From the human T2T-CHM13v2.0 reference genome, Homo sapiens: a stretch of 64,000 bases of DNA. This document shows positions 1-17,295 of this stretch, one piece after another. The notes under the pieces were generated by a model that was not told where the DNA came from, did no database searches, and saw only the letters and a list, made by a program, of their open reading frames with translations. How positions within the stretch are numbered: position 1 is the first letter of the stretch; every line of letters begins with the position of its first letter. Position numbers and translations under genes: made by a program. The stretch lies in NCBI RefSeq assembly GCF_009914755.1, contig NC_060938.1. One strand, given 5' to 3'.

Positions 1-585
1 GCAAGATCTAGGAACCTAAACACACTGGATTCTTGGCTTTGTTGATGACATGTAGTTTTGTCAAAGCACTTTTTCTTATACCTTTTACCACCTATTCCTG
101 GTTCATGTACTTATGTAACACATAATCACTGATTACAAAAATATTTTGTGACCTTTGGTTACAGTGTTCTAAGGACTAATTACTAGAAAATCCATCATGA
201 CAAAGTGAATATTCAATCCATTTAAGCAAATTTACCATAATATCAAGCCTCATGTCTCATAAATTAATATTACTCTTAGCACTCTGAAAACTAGTATCTT
301 ATATTCAAAAACCCTGAATATTAGCTTATTTTTATAAGACTCTTGAGATAAAAAGAAAACTAGTACATACTAGTTTTAACATCAGGTGATTACAACTGCT
401 TTTACTAGCTTTTATAAATAATTTCATTTCTTTGTTACTGGAAAGTATTCAGGCTGTTAATGAAAAATAAATGTCTCTTTTCCAAAAGATATTCCATTCT
501 TCCAGTATTTATTTTGGTGACACAAGTCTGCATGGCGTGTCTGGGTTTTAAAAAATAAAAAATAAAAAATAAAAAATACTCCTTA

Positions 586-861
<276 letters not shown>

Positions 862-1472
862 TCATTGTCAGGACTAGGTTTAGGCAAACTGGGTCCTCTG
901 AACCCTGTGTTCAGTCTAGCAGAGACTCACTGTCTAGATGGACTGAACTTAAGAAACTTTTAAAGTACTACAAATTCACAAGGATTGCCAACAGAATTCT
1001 CTGTCAACAAACTCCAACAACATGTCTACAGTTGCCCAGCCTGGGGCAAAAATAAAACACAAAACCCAAGGATGCAGAGCTTCAGCACATGGGCGGCCCT
1101 CCCACACTGAGAGCTTATCTTGGCGCTCTTGCCGCAGCACCCAGTGTGGAGGCGAACACTGCCCACTGTAGTAGCCGGCTCTACTAAGAAAACAAACTAC
1201 AAAAGCGTGTACCTGCCAAAGTGCTTGACCCAGGCAGCCACGCCATCAGTTCTAATAGTCTAACCTTCTCTTTCTTCTTGGCATTGTTCTTATAAATGCA
1301 GTTTACTCTGAGACCAGCTATCCTCAGCTTGGCATACAAGAGAAAACCATGTAACTGTTGGCTGTGGTTTCCAAACTTTTTGGGCAGTTACTATGTTGAT
1401 GGGTGCTGCTAAATAACTGAGAAGAAATCACTAGAATCTGTGTGCCAAAGAAGACAAAATAAAAATTAAAAA

Positions 1473-1660
1473 GGCTGAGCCAGGCGTGGTGGCACATGCC
1501 CGTGTAGTGCCAGCGACTTGGAAGGCTGAGGCAGGAGGATCCCTTGAATCCAGGAGTTCATGGCTGTAGTGCACTACGATCCCATCTGCGAATTCCCACC
1601 ATATTCTACCTGGGAAACTGGGATACTAGGACCTGGTGTCTTTAAAAAAAAGAAAAAAGT
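1473..1660 (+). mobile_element. FLAM/old Alu monomer
   Basis: Diverged Alu monomer with A-tail. Confidence 0.7.
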
Positions 1661-1679
1661 CTACCAGCCCAAGTAAAAT

Positions 1680-1910
1680 CAATATTATTTATTGAAACTG
1701 TGCTAAGGACTGTACATGATTATCTCGTGGAATGTGAACACCAAACCCATAAGGGAGGTCCAGTTATTATCCTGATTTTACAGATAAGGAAAGTGATACG
1801 TAAGTTCAGTAAGTTGCTCCTGGTCACATGGCAAACAAGTAGTAGAACCGGCATTTGAACCAGCAGGTCTGTCAGATTCCTGAGTGTATGTGTCTAACAA
1901 TCATGTGTCC
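1680..1910 (-). mobile_element. MIR
   Basis: attatcctgattttacagataaggaaa...ggtcacatggc...gcatttgaacc. Confidence 0.6.
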
Positions 1911-2186
1911 AACCTGCTCCCCAACCCCAACTAATCTGTAAGCTCCGTGGAGGCAAGATGTGGTATCCCTGGTGCCTTTGCTGAGCAAATGAGTGACTAA
2001 CAAGTGAGGACTAAAGTGATGCTTATTACTAAGCATTTACAGCTGAGCTTGTATTTCTAAGCCTCGTCTGAATTTTGCTTTGTAAGTTTCCTTTCTTATA
2101 CGATGTAAGGGAGTTAAGATTTTGATAAACAAAAAGATGCCATTGAAAGCTCATGCACTAATAGATAGTTCAAGGAATAGATTCCT

Positions 2187-2480
2187 TCCTGTAATCCCAG
2201 GTACTTAGGAGGCTGAGATGTGAGGATCACTTGAGGCCAGGGGTTTAAGACCAGCCTGGGCAACACAGCAAGACCCCATCTCTAAAAAACTAAAAAAAAA
2301 AATTAGCCAGGCATGGTGGCACACGCTTATAATCCTGGCTACTTCAGAAGCTGAGGGCTGAGGCCAGTGGATCCCTTAAGCCCGGGAGTCTGAGGTTACA
2401 GTGAGCTATGATCACACCACCACACTCCAGCCTGGAAGACAGAGCAAGACCCCGTCTCTTTAAATAAATAAATAAATAAA
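2187..2480 (+). mobile_element. AluJ-like with (TAAA)n tail
   Basis: Dimeric Alu, 5' clipped. Confidence 0.85.
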
Positions 2481-2634
2481 AGTGTTAGATGGTGGAAATA
2501 CCTAGCAAATGTTTGTCTCAATGACTTACACCTTTTGAGCTCACTATAGTAAGGGTAAGGAAGAATAAATGCTCTCCTCCCAGCCTACACTTGGGTAGAC
2601 CAGGGCTGCATCCAAGCTGCTTACAGGTCACTGA

Positions 2635-3361
<727 letters not shown>

Positions 3362-5819
3362 TAGGGGCTGCTCCATCTTCTTCCAGACTTCCTATAGTCT
3401 CTTCAAGCCCTGCAGTAGGCCAAGAAGATGGGTAAACTCTTTCCCTTTCCAGGCAGGGCCTACTCTAGTCAGTCTCCTGATTACAAAAGTCTCCGGAACC
3501 AAGGTGGACACCGGCTGCTATGTTCACCAACACCCCTGAGCTGCAGGGAGCACTCACCAGCCATCTCACTGCGCTCAGCGAGTGGCCTGCTGCAGTCTGA
3601 AATACAAGTTTCCCTTCTGGAGAAAGTCTCTTGAACCCTCTATCACTTGGCTTTGCAGGTTGAAGGATACCATCCTCCCTTTTCCTCACAGAAAAGAGCA
3701 GGGGAGCCACCTACACCAAGGGGCCTCTCATGACTCCCCAACTCTCCCGGCATTTTCCTTATATAAATCAGGGAGGGTGCTTACAGCATGACCAGTTCTG
3801 GGGCTTAGAGTGAGAGACAGTGGGTTTGAAGCAGATTTCTGATCTAACAGGTTGACATTATTATGTCATTTAATTCCCAATTCAACCATAAAGGAATATT
3901 AAGTATAAAAGTCTCAATATCCTCACTTTATAATTTTAAAAGACAGATTGTTATCCATCTAACATTTTTAAGGTTTGGATAACGATCATTCTGTTATCTA
4001 ATGCACTTTGTTAGGGGGTGGAGGGAGAAGGCTGTTGGATTATGCCATTGTATAAATACTAAAATATAGTTATCTGGGTCAAGATTAGATGAGTCACATA
4101 AGGCCATCCCAAGCAGCAATAAACTACAATAGATCAGGACTGGGGGTAAAGGGGACACCCTGGGATTACAGTTCCCCTTTCTGTGCAAGTCGAGTCTATC
4201 TCCTGGGCCACCAGTCACCCCAGCCCAAAGCAGATGTCCAGAAGCCACCGTCCAGTTCCAGGCCAGGGGCAGTTTTGTTAAATGCCTATCACGCTTTAGT
4301 TTACCCATCTGGCCCATGACAACAAGTCTACCAATACTTCAGAATCATAATATTGGAACATGACTAAACAGTCTATATTGAGAGCCTTTAAAACATGGCC
4401 ATAACAATTAAAGTTCTTTTCATTTTATTATCAAGCAAAATTTTAAAAGCTAATATTAAAAGCTTCATTTACTTTATGTGGGAAACAAACGCTCACAATG
4501 AAATATATTAGTTCCCTACAGAATGAATCATAAGTAATTACATAGGAATAGCTCATGGAAATCGACTGCCACAATCTATTGGATATATAGAGATTGAAAG
4601 CAAACTTTGGAAAACAGCCCTTTAAACATAACTATTCCATTTTAAAAAGATTCAGGTGTTCCTTATTTAGGTATAGCATATGCAACTGATGACATTAATG
4701 TAGTTTTGTTCACACTTGCCAATAAATAGCAATATTCCAAAAACTAGAGCTGAATTTCTAAGACTCATTCACCATAATCAATCATTTGTTGCTTTTCCCT
4801 CTTCCCTCTTTTACTTATTACAAGTTGTTAATTTGCAAAAAAAAAAACACAAAACAAAACAAACAAACAAACAAAAAACAGGCACTAACCACCAACCAAT
4901 ATGGATGCCTCATGGAAAGGGATTATGTTTTATGGTTTATTCAAAATGTAGACTCTCCACTATTTTCCAGAGAAGAAACAAACTGAGGTAATAATGGCTC
5001 AATATTATGAACACTCTTAACTTATTAAAGTCTTTAAAATGAAAATGCTGTGGTCCAACAGACTGCATTATCTACTGCTTGAATCTTAGAACTTACTTCT
5101 GCATAGAAATCATGCCACATATGGCTGGATAACCAGGCCAGCCCCAGGGAACCCCAAAGGCAAGTAGCACTACTGAATATCACCACCAGGGGGAACACTT
5201 TCATATGCAAATACACCCAGGCCCCTAGCAGAAACCGCTTCCCATATTTACAAAGAAAGCAGGTTCCTCCTCCCTGTCAGTGCTTACGAAAATCCCATCA
5301 CCAGACCAGCGATGGGGACTCGGATGCAAACATGGTGCAGGGGAAGGCAGAGAAGAGACAGGGACTGGGCCATACATGCAAACCACTGGCCAGCTCCCCG
5401 TCCGGGTGGGCATCCCCGCATGTTATCTTTACACTGCTGCTCCTGCCCAGAGTTTCTCTCACACCCTGCAAGACAGAAGGCACTTCCACAGCCTTTCTCC
5501 TTCCTTCCTGGTGCTAAGGGACAAAATGCCCTTGTTAGACTTTGCCTCCACCCCATGCCTCATTTACAATCTGTAATAAAAGGAAGAGACAAAGGAGCAA
5601 AAGTGCTCTTCTCCCCTGTGACTCCCATCACTGCCACACTCCGGCTCCCATTGTTCACTAAGCCCTTATGCACCGGGCACCTTGCCAGACAGGGGACACG
5701 AAGATGAGGAAGAGGAGACCCTGCCCTCATGGAGCTTCATCAAACAAGAGAGACAGATCAAATGAAAATGATCTGTCAGTTGATATCTGTCAATATGAAA
5801 AAAGCAGGCAGGAACTACT

Positions 5820-6040
5820 CTAACAGGCTAGCACAGCGGCTAAGAGCACAGGCTCGAGTCTTGCTGCTCCACTTACTAGTTGTGTGGCAGGGCAAGACAT
5901 TTCACTTCTGTAAGTCTCCATACCTTCATCAATAATGGGATAGTAATAATTGTGCCCAACAGGGTTACTGTAAGGATTAAAGAAAATAAAAGCTCTCAGT
6001 ATAATGCTTGACACAGAGCAAGCATTTACTAAATTATTGT
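5820..6040 (+). mobile_element. MIR
   Basis: cttactagttgtgtggcagggcaag...aatgggatagtaata...aggattaaa. Confidence 0.6.
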
Positions 6041-7197
6041 TATGAATTATTCAGGTCATTGTTATAAAAGAGGTAGAAAAAACAACTTTCAGAGTGGTGT
6101 CAAGGACTAAGCAAACTGAATGTTTGGTGGTGTCTATGGGGGCTGTATTTTAAACTCAATCTTGAAGAATGACTAAGAGTCTGTCAGAGAAGGGAAGGAA
6201 GGGCATTTTAGCAAAGGCCTGGGCTGGGGGCATTCACATGATAAGGAAAGATGCCTTCCTGGAGTCAGACTCCAAGGCCAACTGGGCTGGGGCAGCTAAG
6301 TCCAGAGAAGGACCTCAGGAGTCTGCCCTTAATCCTGTACCCAGGACGGGGCGGGTGAGAGGCACATGCTCAGATTTGTTCCTGACATGTAACTTCAAGA
6401 GCAGTGCTACATATTTTGCTTATCTATCCAGAAGACTGACTGCATACAGATGAGATAGGGCGTGGGGGGCCAAGTGGGAGGGAGCTCCAGGAGGTGCCTC
6501 CAGACATGGACCAGGGACAAGAGGACAGCTTAAAGAAAGGTTGTGGGAATTGAGTGCAACATTTCGGGTCTCAGCTTAGATGTCACTTGGCTGGGTAGCC
6601 TTTCCTATCTTGGCAGTTCTGGGTGACGTACCATTTTCCTAAGGGATCTTACAGCACCAAGACATCTTGAATCAGAGCTCTTAACACCTGTATCTATAGA
6701 TTAGCTGAACAAATTCATTAAGGCCGACAGTGAGCCAGGCCCTTGCTTGGCATGGGGAATATAGCACTGAAGGCAGGGAAGAGTGTCTGTCCTCAAGCAC
6801 TGCTCTAGAGCTAACCTGCTGGCAGGGGATACAGGCAAACAAACAAACAAACAAATATAGAAATTCACATGGTGCTAAGTGCTATAAAGAACAAAACAAA
6901 GTTAGAGGGTAAAGAGACAGATCATAGTGGAAGGGGGGTACCATAGGACAATCAGGGACAGCCTCTGAAGAGGGTCATATCTGACCAGACAGCAGGCTGC
7001 AATGAGGGAGCAAGGCAGGTGGAGACCTGGGAAAAGAGCAAGGACAGCATCCCCTAGGGTGAGGCACATCTGCAGCCTAGCCAGGATACCACTGTGGCTG
7101 GAACAGAGCAAGCAGGGAGGAGGATAAAAGACATAAGGTTGAAACCAGGCAAGGACCACACTGTGTATGGCCTCGTACTTTTATTAGAAGTAAAATG

Positions 7198-7879
<682 letters not shown>

Positions 7880-8182
7880 CTAAGATCATTCTGGCTGACA
7901 TATGGAAAATAAGCTACAGGCAGCAAAGGCACAGAAACAGGAAAGTCAGAAGGCTACCTCAGTATTCTGATGAGAAGTAGTGGCAGCCAGCACTAAGCTG
8001 TTAACACGAGTGGTAAAAATGGTCAGGTTTCATACCACATCCAATTCATCAGCAAGTTCTGCCAGCTCTACCTTCAGAATATACAGGCAGTAGTATATAT
8101 TCACCACAACTTTCAGAGTGGTATTGAGGACTAAGCACACTAAATGCTTGCGGTAGGATGCAGGAGTCAAGAGCTCAAGGAG

Positions 8183-8390
8183 GGCCGGGCACGGTGGCTC
8201 ACGCCTGTAATCCCAGCACTTTGGGAGGCCAAGGCAGGCAGATCACCTGAGGTTGGAAGTTCAAGACCAGCCTGAACAACATGGAGAAACCCTGTCTCTA
8301 CTAAAAATACAAAATTAGTGGGGTGTGGTGGCGCATGCCTGTAATCCCAGCTACTCGGGAGGCTGAGGCAGGAGAATCACTTGAACCGGG
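8183..8390 (+). mobile_element. Alu, 3'-truncated
   Basis: Alu sequence stops at cttgaaccgg with no tail. Confidence 0.85.
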
Positions 8391-9216
8391 GGCTCAGGGG
8401 GAGGACAGGTCAGGAGAAGCCCCCTAGACGAAAGGATTTGGAGAAAAGGCCTCAGGACCAAACCAGCAAAGGTGACTGAGAAGAAACAGCCTAGAAAGAG
8501 GAAGCCGAGCAGGGGGTGGTGTCCTGGCAGCCGAAGAAGAGCAGGATTCCAGAAGGATGGAAGGAGCTGTCGGAGGATCAGTACTGCGGAGCGGTCAAGT
8601 GAGAGAACTCATGAAATGATCACTGGACGAAAGTCACCTGACCACAACAAGCAGCATCAGTAACGTGGAGGCTTAGGGAAAATGGGATGGAAGGAAGGAA
8701 ACATACAAGCATACACAACTCTCTTGAGGAAACCTGCTATTCAGGAAAGCAGAGATATGGTGCAGAGGCTGGAGGGGAGTATAGATGAAGGACAATATTT
8801 TATATGTGCAATATCACCGTGTGCTTTATTGATCTGGCAAACAGTAAGAAACCCATGTGGGCTAAGAAAAATGCACACCAGGAAGGAGGGGCAAAAATTC
8901 TTCAGATAGCTGGAAAAGCTGAATAATCTTTAATGACTCAAAATGCTTACCAGAGGATTGATTTAAACAAATAAAGGATATTATTCCCTTTTTACCTTTC
9001 AAGAATTACAATGGTTCTTGTAACTAGTTGAAATAAATCTTAGAGGTATACAATGTAGTTATTACAAGTTGGTCCAAAGCTAAAATAGGAAAACAGCTAT
9101 AGGATCAAGAAAAGATGTCAACTGATAAAATGTCTTTCTTGATGATACAGTATACTCAAGATTACAATTTCTAAATTCATTATTTTTGATAATTTCCATG
9201 AGCAGGACATACTTAC

Positions 9217-9296
9217 AGGTTACACTGGTTTAGTCTGTAAAACTTGTGTCGCGCAACACAGAGTCTCCAAATGTATTTTGCTGTTTCCATGTCTTC
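9217..9296 (-). CDS. PTPN21: PTPN21 coding exon (EDMETAKYIWRLCVARHKFYRLNQCN-L), end of FERM domain
   Basis: tttgtttgctag|GAA ... AAC CT|gtaagt; 80 nt; FERM C-terminal helix W..C...H.FY. No further exon recognised in 1-9216. Confidence 0.95.
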
Positions 9297-10006
9297 CTAG
9301 CAAACAAAATAGGCATAAAGCAATATGAAAGCACACATACAACTTGATACGTTTAATGCAGAGTTTGTCTAAAGACATAATGGGTGACATCATATGACAA
9401 AGTCACTTTCAGAACACTATAAGCCTTTCATTTTCCAACACTGTGCCCATGGTATGAATACCACAAGTAGGATTTAATTTATGAAGACAAAACAATCTGT
9501 TCTAACAGTGTGATTCTCATATTAAACAGTTTCAAAATGACTTGGGAATCTAAAAACTATAAAAATACCAACTTTTATTCTTGCCAAATATACTCAAAGA
9601 CATTTTTAAACAAAAATATGACTCAGTAACTCAATATTGCCTTTGTCAAGAGAGCAAAAGCAAGTAACTGTTAAATAACATTTCTTCAGAGCTATTCATT
9701 TATCAATGAAATTTAAGATATCAGTGCTTACTTTCTCCCCCACATAATCCCTGAAGTTTAATTTAAAGGTTATCATGATCAGACAGTAGTTATCCAAAGA
9801 CTCATTCACTCAGCATTTACTGAGCAGCCATTTTTTGCTAACTGCCATTTTGCAAAATGCTATATGATAAAACTGCATGTTTTATACAATTACAAAATAT
9901 TATCATTTTAATGCTGCCCTGCCTCCAAACACATACAGGCACGCAGAAGTAGAACTTGTTAACTTTTAGGAAAAACATTCCATGCAGACCCCTAATGTTT
10001 ACTCAC

Positions 10007-10094
10007 AGTTTGAAATTGAATGGTCTCCTCTTTATTTGCCAGCTCTAATGCAAAAAAGGACTTGTTGTGGGACATGTTGGCAATGTCATGCCAC
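10007..10094 (-). CDS. PTPN21: PTPN21 coding exon ([29 protein letters not shown])
   Basis: tgttctttag|G TGG ... ACT|gtgagt; 88 nt; FERM F3 W..I motif. Confidence 0.95.
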
Positions 10095-10234
10095 CTAAAG
10101 AACAGCAAATAGAGAACTGGCAATGTGAGTGCCCATGGGGGAAACAAGGAGATAGAATACACAAGTTTTCCCTAAGCCTGACGTGTAAGTTAGCATTTGG
10201 TAACATTTTTGAGAAAAACAAAAAACAAAAAACA

Positions 10235-11130
<896 letters not shown>

Positions 11131-12954
11131 CTAGCATGAATGTTCTAATTGAAGTAACAGCAGCTAGTTCAAAAAGTAAACTCATGTATAATAAATGAGG
11201 GAAAAGAGAATTTAAAAGATGTAAAATGTATCATTCTCATGTGTCAGATTTGCTTGATGGAAGATCCCTCTCTTAGCTGATTGCCAATGCCCCATTTATT
11301 CATTCAACAAAATAAAAGACACCTATTATAACAATGCCAGAAATTGCAGTAGGTCCTAGGGACACTAAGATTAGTGAGTTACAGTGCTTCCCTCAAATTC
11401 GCACAGTTGGAGGGGAAAGGTGGGAGAAAGAACACAGAAGCAAACAAGAACTTTTAAGTGCTGCAGGTATTAAAATAAGGCACAAAAGTGGGGGAGGTGT
11501 GCTCTGAAAAGCTTCAGGGTGAAGATAAATTTGAAATGCCAGGAACTCAAAGAGTGAACTATTCTGGAAGTGATCACTAGGATTCAAAATCTTATACTTT
11601 CTAATTTTATCGTATTAGCTTTTATATGTTAATATTTGATTTTATTAATCACAGAATTTTATAAAAAGAAAAAATTATGGAAGAAAAAATTTTATCCTTC
11701 TCCATTAGATTTATTTTAAATGTATTAAAATAAAATCAACTTAGTACGGATTCCGTTGTTTGTTAAATCTAAAGATTATTAGCATCACATTAAGGCAACT
11801 GTGAAAATTCCTATCCAGTGATAAAGGAAGCCAGGTAGATGCCTCAAGTTTCCATGTGACACTTTGGGCACCATCAGAGCCCTGCTCTTCAGGTGAAGCC
11901 ACGGATCCATTTTCCTCTCCTCTCCCTGACCCCCAACTCAGCATGTTGGGAAGGGTTAATATAAGTGGCTTGGGGACGAGAGAGCAACTGCCAAAGGGGA
12001 GCCACCCAGCCCAGGGCAGTGCATTCTAGGAATGGGGTTCTGCTCCCCAAGTGATGCGTACTCTCTGAGGTCATAATCACCATGGAGAATTCATGGCTCA
12101 AGAGGCAGTAAAGCAAAGGAAGTGAGGGAGGAGATGTCAGTTTAGAGAAAAAGCTCTTCAAAGGCCAAACTAGTTCTCAAGAAGAAATGGTAGGAGTGGT
12201 TTAGAAAGCTTGAGTAGTGTGTGTGTTGTGGGGCGGGCAGTGAGTAGGCGGTGGAGAGAATAAAAGCTGTTTAATACAGCGATTAAGAGCCCACGCATAA
12301 AGTGGAGGATCCAAGTTCTAGTCCTAGTTATGCCAGTTAATAACTGGGTCACCATGGACAAATCACAACTTTTCTAAGCCTCAATTATCACACGTGCAAA
12401 GTGGTGGTAATACCTACTGCTGACAGTGTTATGAAGATTACACTAAAAAAAATTCACAAAAAATGCTCAGCATAGTTTATCTGACTCATGATAAGCACTC
12501 AACAAATGGTAGACACAAAGGAACCAAAAAACAAAAGTGATAGAATATGTTTTCCTGCCTTATAAAAACAATATAAGCTTTTGGTTGGACATGAACTTTG
12601 GGTTTTCCAGATAACAGATTTTAAGGAATTAAAGGTAGGGGATTGTACAATATGGTCCAACTTACTATCTTTAAGATACAAATTAGAACACAGAATACTA
12701 TAAAGGAAATTAAAATCACCTGTACTTTCATTGTTCAGAGTCAGTTACTATTAGCACATCGCTATATATTCTTTCCAACTTGCTTCACATTCCAAGATTT
12801 CCACAAATGAATAGTATCTTTTTTTATATCAGCAAAAAAAACCAACATTATAAAAAATAATTGAAATTTGCTTAGATACTGGTATTTTAGGAATTTTGGT
12901 ACAAAACTAGAGTCAAAACAAAGCTCTATATTTTTCATAGGAAAGAGCCCTTCA

Positions 12955-13255
12955 GGCTGGGCACAGTGGGCTCACACCTGGAATCCCAGCACTGTGGGAG
13001 GCAGGCAGATAGCTTGAGCCCAAGAGTTTGAGACTAGCCTGGGCAACATGGTGAAACTGTCTCCACAAAAAATACAAAAATTAGCCAGGCATGGTGGCAT
13101 TAGCCTGTAGTCCTAGCCACTCAGGAAGCTGGGATGGGAGGATCACTTCAGCCTGGGAGGTCAAGGCTGCAGTGAGTGGTGACTGTACCACTGCACTCTA
13201 GCCTGGGCAACAGAGTGAGACCTTGCCTCACAATAAATAAATTAACCAATAAATA
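12955..13255 (+). mobile_element. AluJ-like
   Basis: Dimeric Alu. Confidence 0.85.
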
Positions 13256-13582
13256 GCCTTGGAAACCAGAGCTCAAATTAAACATTCATATCAAAGCAAA
13301 GAATGGCCTCCATATGGCACAAAAAGGGTCACACATTTTTAAGCATTTTATAATAGGCCGTCATTATAGGCATTATACTCTGGACATAGAGTTTTGAAGA
13401 AAGCGGCTTATTGAAAAGGACTGTTGCATTCAGATGGTATTTTTTTCCTAGGAAGGGAATTATTTCCATTTTTTAATGAGACCTTGGTATAGACTTGTGA
13501 ACAATTTAACTGCTGTAAGTACTAAAAAATGTATCACCAACAGGAGCCATAGAAAACATACAAAAAGAGGTAAGAAAAATAC

Positions 13583-13671
13583 CTAAATACCACAGGATGC
13601 CTTCCATTCTTGTGTTTCACAAAGATACCTTCAAGACACGCTCCAATGGATATGTCACTTCCTTGGCTATC
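13583..13671 (-). CDS. PTPN21: PTPN21 coding exon ([30 protein letters not shown])
   Basis: ttctccttgtag|GAT ... TTT AG|gtattt; 89 nt; frame-consistent FERM F3. Confidence 0.94.
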
Positions 13672-14080
13672 CTACAAGGAGAAAGCAGAAGAAGAAACAC
13701 CCAGGAAGCAGATGCAGAGGAACTGCTGCTAGAGTTCCCTGGACTGGTTTCCCAGATGTAGAAAGTTCCGAAGACCTACAGAGTAACTATTAAGGAAGAC
13801 AAAAGTCTGAATGAGATCTATGATCTTATAGGTAAGTATAAAAATTGAAAAAGTTTGGCCCTCCTTAGGAACTCTATTTCAAGACCATTTCAAAGTATGA
13901 ACCACAAAATGGGAATGTGTTTTACCACAAAACTTTGGTCACCAGGACCTCAGCTTTTAAGTTTCCAGAGTTTTGCACGTCCTCAGCCTTTGCACATAAG
14001 GACATCCTTGGATTTCCCCATGATTTTCTCAAATTTGTAAGCCTAACTTTAAAGAGCCCCAGCCGCCAAGCCACACTTAC

Positions 14081-14168
14081 CTTAGCAGGGTAGCTCTCTT
14101 CTCCATAGCCATCCATTCTCTCTACCTCCTGCATGTACAGCATTTCAGCATCAGGAGCTGTGAGCCCT
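14081..14168 (-). CDS. PTPN21: PTPN21 coding exon ([29 protein letters not shown])
   Basis: ttgggttgcag|A GGG ... AAG|gtaagt; 88 nt; seen inside ORF 13922..14188; FERM F2/F3 YG motif. Confidence 0.96.
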
Positions 14169-14495
14169 CTGCAACCCAAAAGAAGCAAGATTGTTCACAA
14201 AGCAAGCTTAAAATGGTTTAAAATAAAGCTTTTCTTAAAACCTATATGTCAATTTAGCATAAGACATTATAAACATTTCACGTTTCTAAGCATCTATAAT
14301 TGGCTATATCAATCTTGCTATTTACTGAAAACCAGTATGTGCTGAATGCTGAGGGTATCACATGAGATCCTGCTCTCCATACTTAAGGCAGATGAGTGGG
14401 AAGGTGGGGGATAAAACAACTCCCTAAAAAATCTTAGGGTGAAATCTTGAACTTTTCTTAAACCACCAAGTAATTGCTTATTATCCCAAATATCA

Positions 14496-14822
<327 letters not shown>

Positions 14823-15785
14823 TTATGTGCTAAATGTCGAACGCAGGGAATAAGGGTACGAGGAGGCTACATGAAAACCCCTTTTTGCTCAGGTGAGTGC
14901 AACACTACTAGGATGGGTAGGAAGGCAGTGTGGGTAAAGGAGGAGTGCCCAAGTGCATGCAGACTTGCATCTCCAGCCTCATCTTCCGATGCTCCCCGCT
15001 GTCCTCAAGGCACCCACACTGCAGCCATCCCAAACTCTGCATCTCTTCAGATAGAATATGTTCCCTAGCCCCTCTGGGCTTTTGCACATGAGAATCCCTC
15101 TTCTTGGTGTGCCTGTGACTCACTTGTGGACCTGGCCAATCCCTAATATCCTTCAAGACTCTGTCTATGCATCATTTCCTCTGGATCACCTTCTGGGATT
15201 CTCCAATGCCGCAGCTCCATGCAGTCCCAACACATTCCGCCCATACCCCTCTAACTGCACTCATTATCTTCTTATATGTATTATAATTACTATAGTGGGT
15301 TGTCCTGCCAGCCCTCATATTGCAGGGCTGGGAATGCACTCTTAGAAGACAAGAAATTATTCTATTTATCTTTGTGTCATAGCATCCAGCACTCTTCCTC
15401 TGCTTAATGCAGAATAAGAACACTAAGCTATCTTTTAAGGAAATGCACAAATGAATAAATGGAAGTGACAAAAGGCAGGACAATGTGTGCCTGAGGGACC
15501 AATTAAGCTAGAAAAGAAATGGTTCATGTGGTTCTGCTGTCCAGCAGAAGGTAAAGCTGGGAAGGCAGGATTTAACCAACTTGTAGGAGGCCTTTAATCC
15601 CAGGGTAATGAACTTGGGCTAGTAGAAAGCATGAAAATACCCATGAGCACGTGGAAGGAGAAGGAGAGAGGTAAGAGGAAACTGATATTCTAGGGAGATT
15701 AATCTTTTGTGAGTCACTGTGTGGATTTGAGTGGAGAGAGACTAGAGGCAAAAGTTTATTTTATTTGGAAGGGGATAAGCAATAG

Positions 15786-16132
<347 letters not shown>

Positions 16133-16233
16133 AGAGATAACAAAATCTTTTTGAGCTTGGTTTCCCCATCTGGTAAGATGGAGATAATAATGTTTATCTT
16201 AATGAGTAGTTATAAGAATTTAATGATAGAGTA

Positions 16234-16605
16234 CAGACAGTCCTCAACTTACGATGATGGTTCAACTGAATGACTTTCAACTTTACAGTGGTACAAAGGT
16301 GATACAAATTCAGTAGGAACTGTACTTCGAGGACCCACGCAACTATTCTGTTTTTCACTTTCAGTACAGTATTCAACAAATTATATGAGATATTCAACAT
16401 TATAAAATATATTACAGGCTTTGTGTTAGATGATTTTGCCCAACCGTATGCTAACATAAGTGTTCTGAGAACACGTAGGGTAGGTTAGGGTAAGCTATGA
16501 TGTTCAGCAGGACTGGTGTATTAAATACATCTCGACTTAAAGAGTATTTTCAACTTACTATGGGTTTATCAGGACTTAACCCCATCACAAGTCAAGGAGC
16601 ATCTA
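16234..16605 (-). mobile_element. MER47-like TcMar-Tigger non-autonomous DNA transposon
   Basis: TIR cagacagtcctcaactt / aagtcaaggagcatct, TA flanks, about 370 bp. Confidence 0.75.
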
Positions 16606-17224
16606 TATGTGGAACTGTGTGGTAGTTGGTTTAGAATAAGACTTAGCATTATCCAGAAGAGTATTTTTTCTTACAGGCAACACAGAGATTCATCATGAAA
16701 GAACGTCAATATGTACAAGTATACAAAGGTATGCAGAAGCATAGTTCAGAGTAATAAGCACCATAGCTCTTAGCATAGCTCCCCAGGTGACAGACACAGC
16801 TTCCATAGGTATAGAGAGGGAAGTAACCCTGTACTTGCTAAGCTGTATCATAAAAGAAAACAAATCATCCTAATTTTACGTTAACCTATACAGGTTTGTT
16901 TGAGGTTATCAAACAAACCTTTACTACATGCAGTAAAAAATGGGCACCCTTCAATGACTGGCTGCTTTCAACTTCCTCAGTGTCCTCACTGGTAAAACAT
17001 GGACAATAAATAAGTAATATGGGTAAGTGCTTACTTAGAACAGCACATGACACACAGTGAGTGCTATATAAATGTTGGCTACTTGTAATAGTAGTGGCAG
17101 TAATGTTCCAAATTTAGTTGGGCAAATAAATATTAATCATGTAAATTAAATATTTAATTGAATATTTCAAATTCAAGCAGACATTGGTTCTATGCTATTT
17201 CCATGTCTTATTTCTTAGAGTTAC

Positions 17225-17295
17225 CTGTATTTCTGATGTAGTAAGGCCACTTTTTGGGTTGCTTCTTCCAATACTTTTTCATCTTGTAACCATCC
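17225..17295 (-). CDS. PTPN21: PTPN21 coding exon ([24 protein letters not shown])
   Basis: ttttcttcag|GGA ... TAC AG|gtaact; 71 nt; frame-consistent. Confidence 0.95.

Noticed and set aside
5183-5196. CTCF-like CCACCAGGGGGAAC
   Set aside because: Lacks the conserved C after GG; a motif alone is not evidence of binding.
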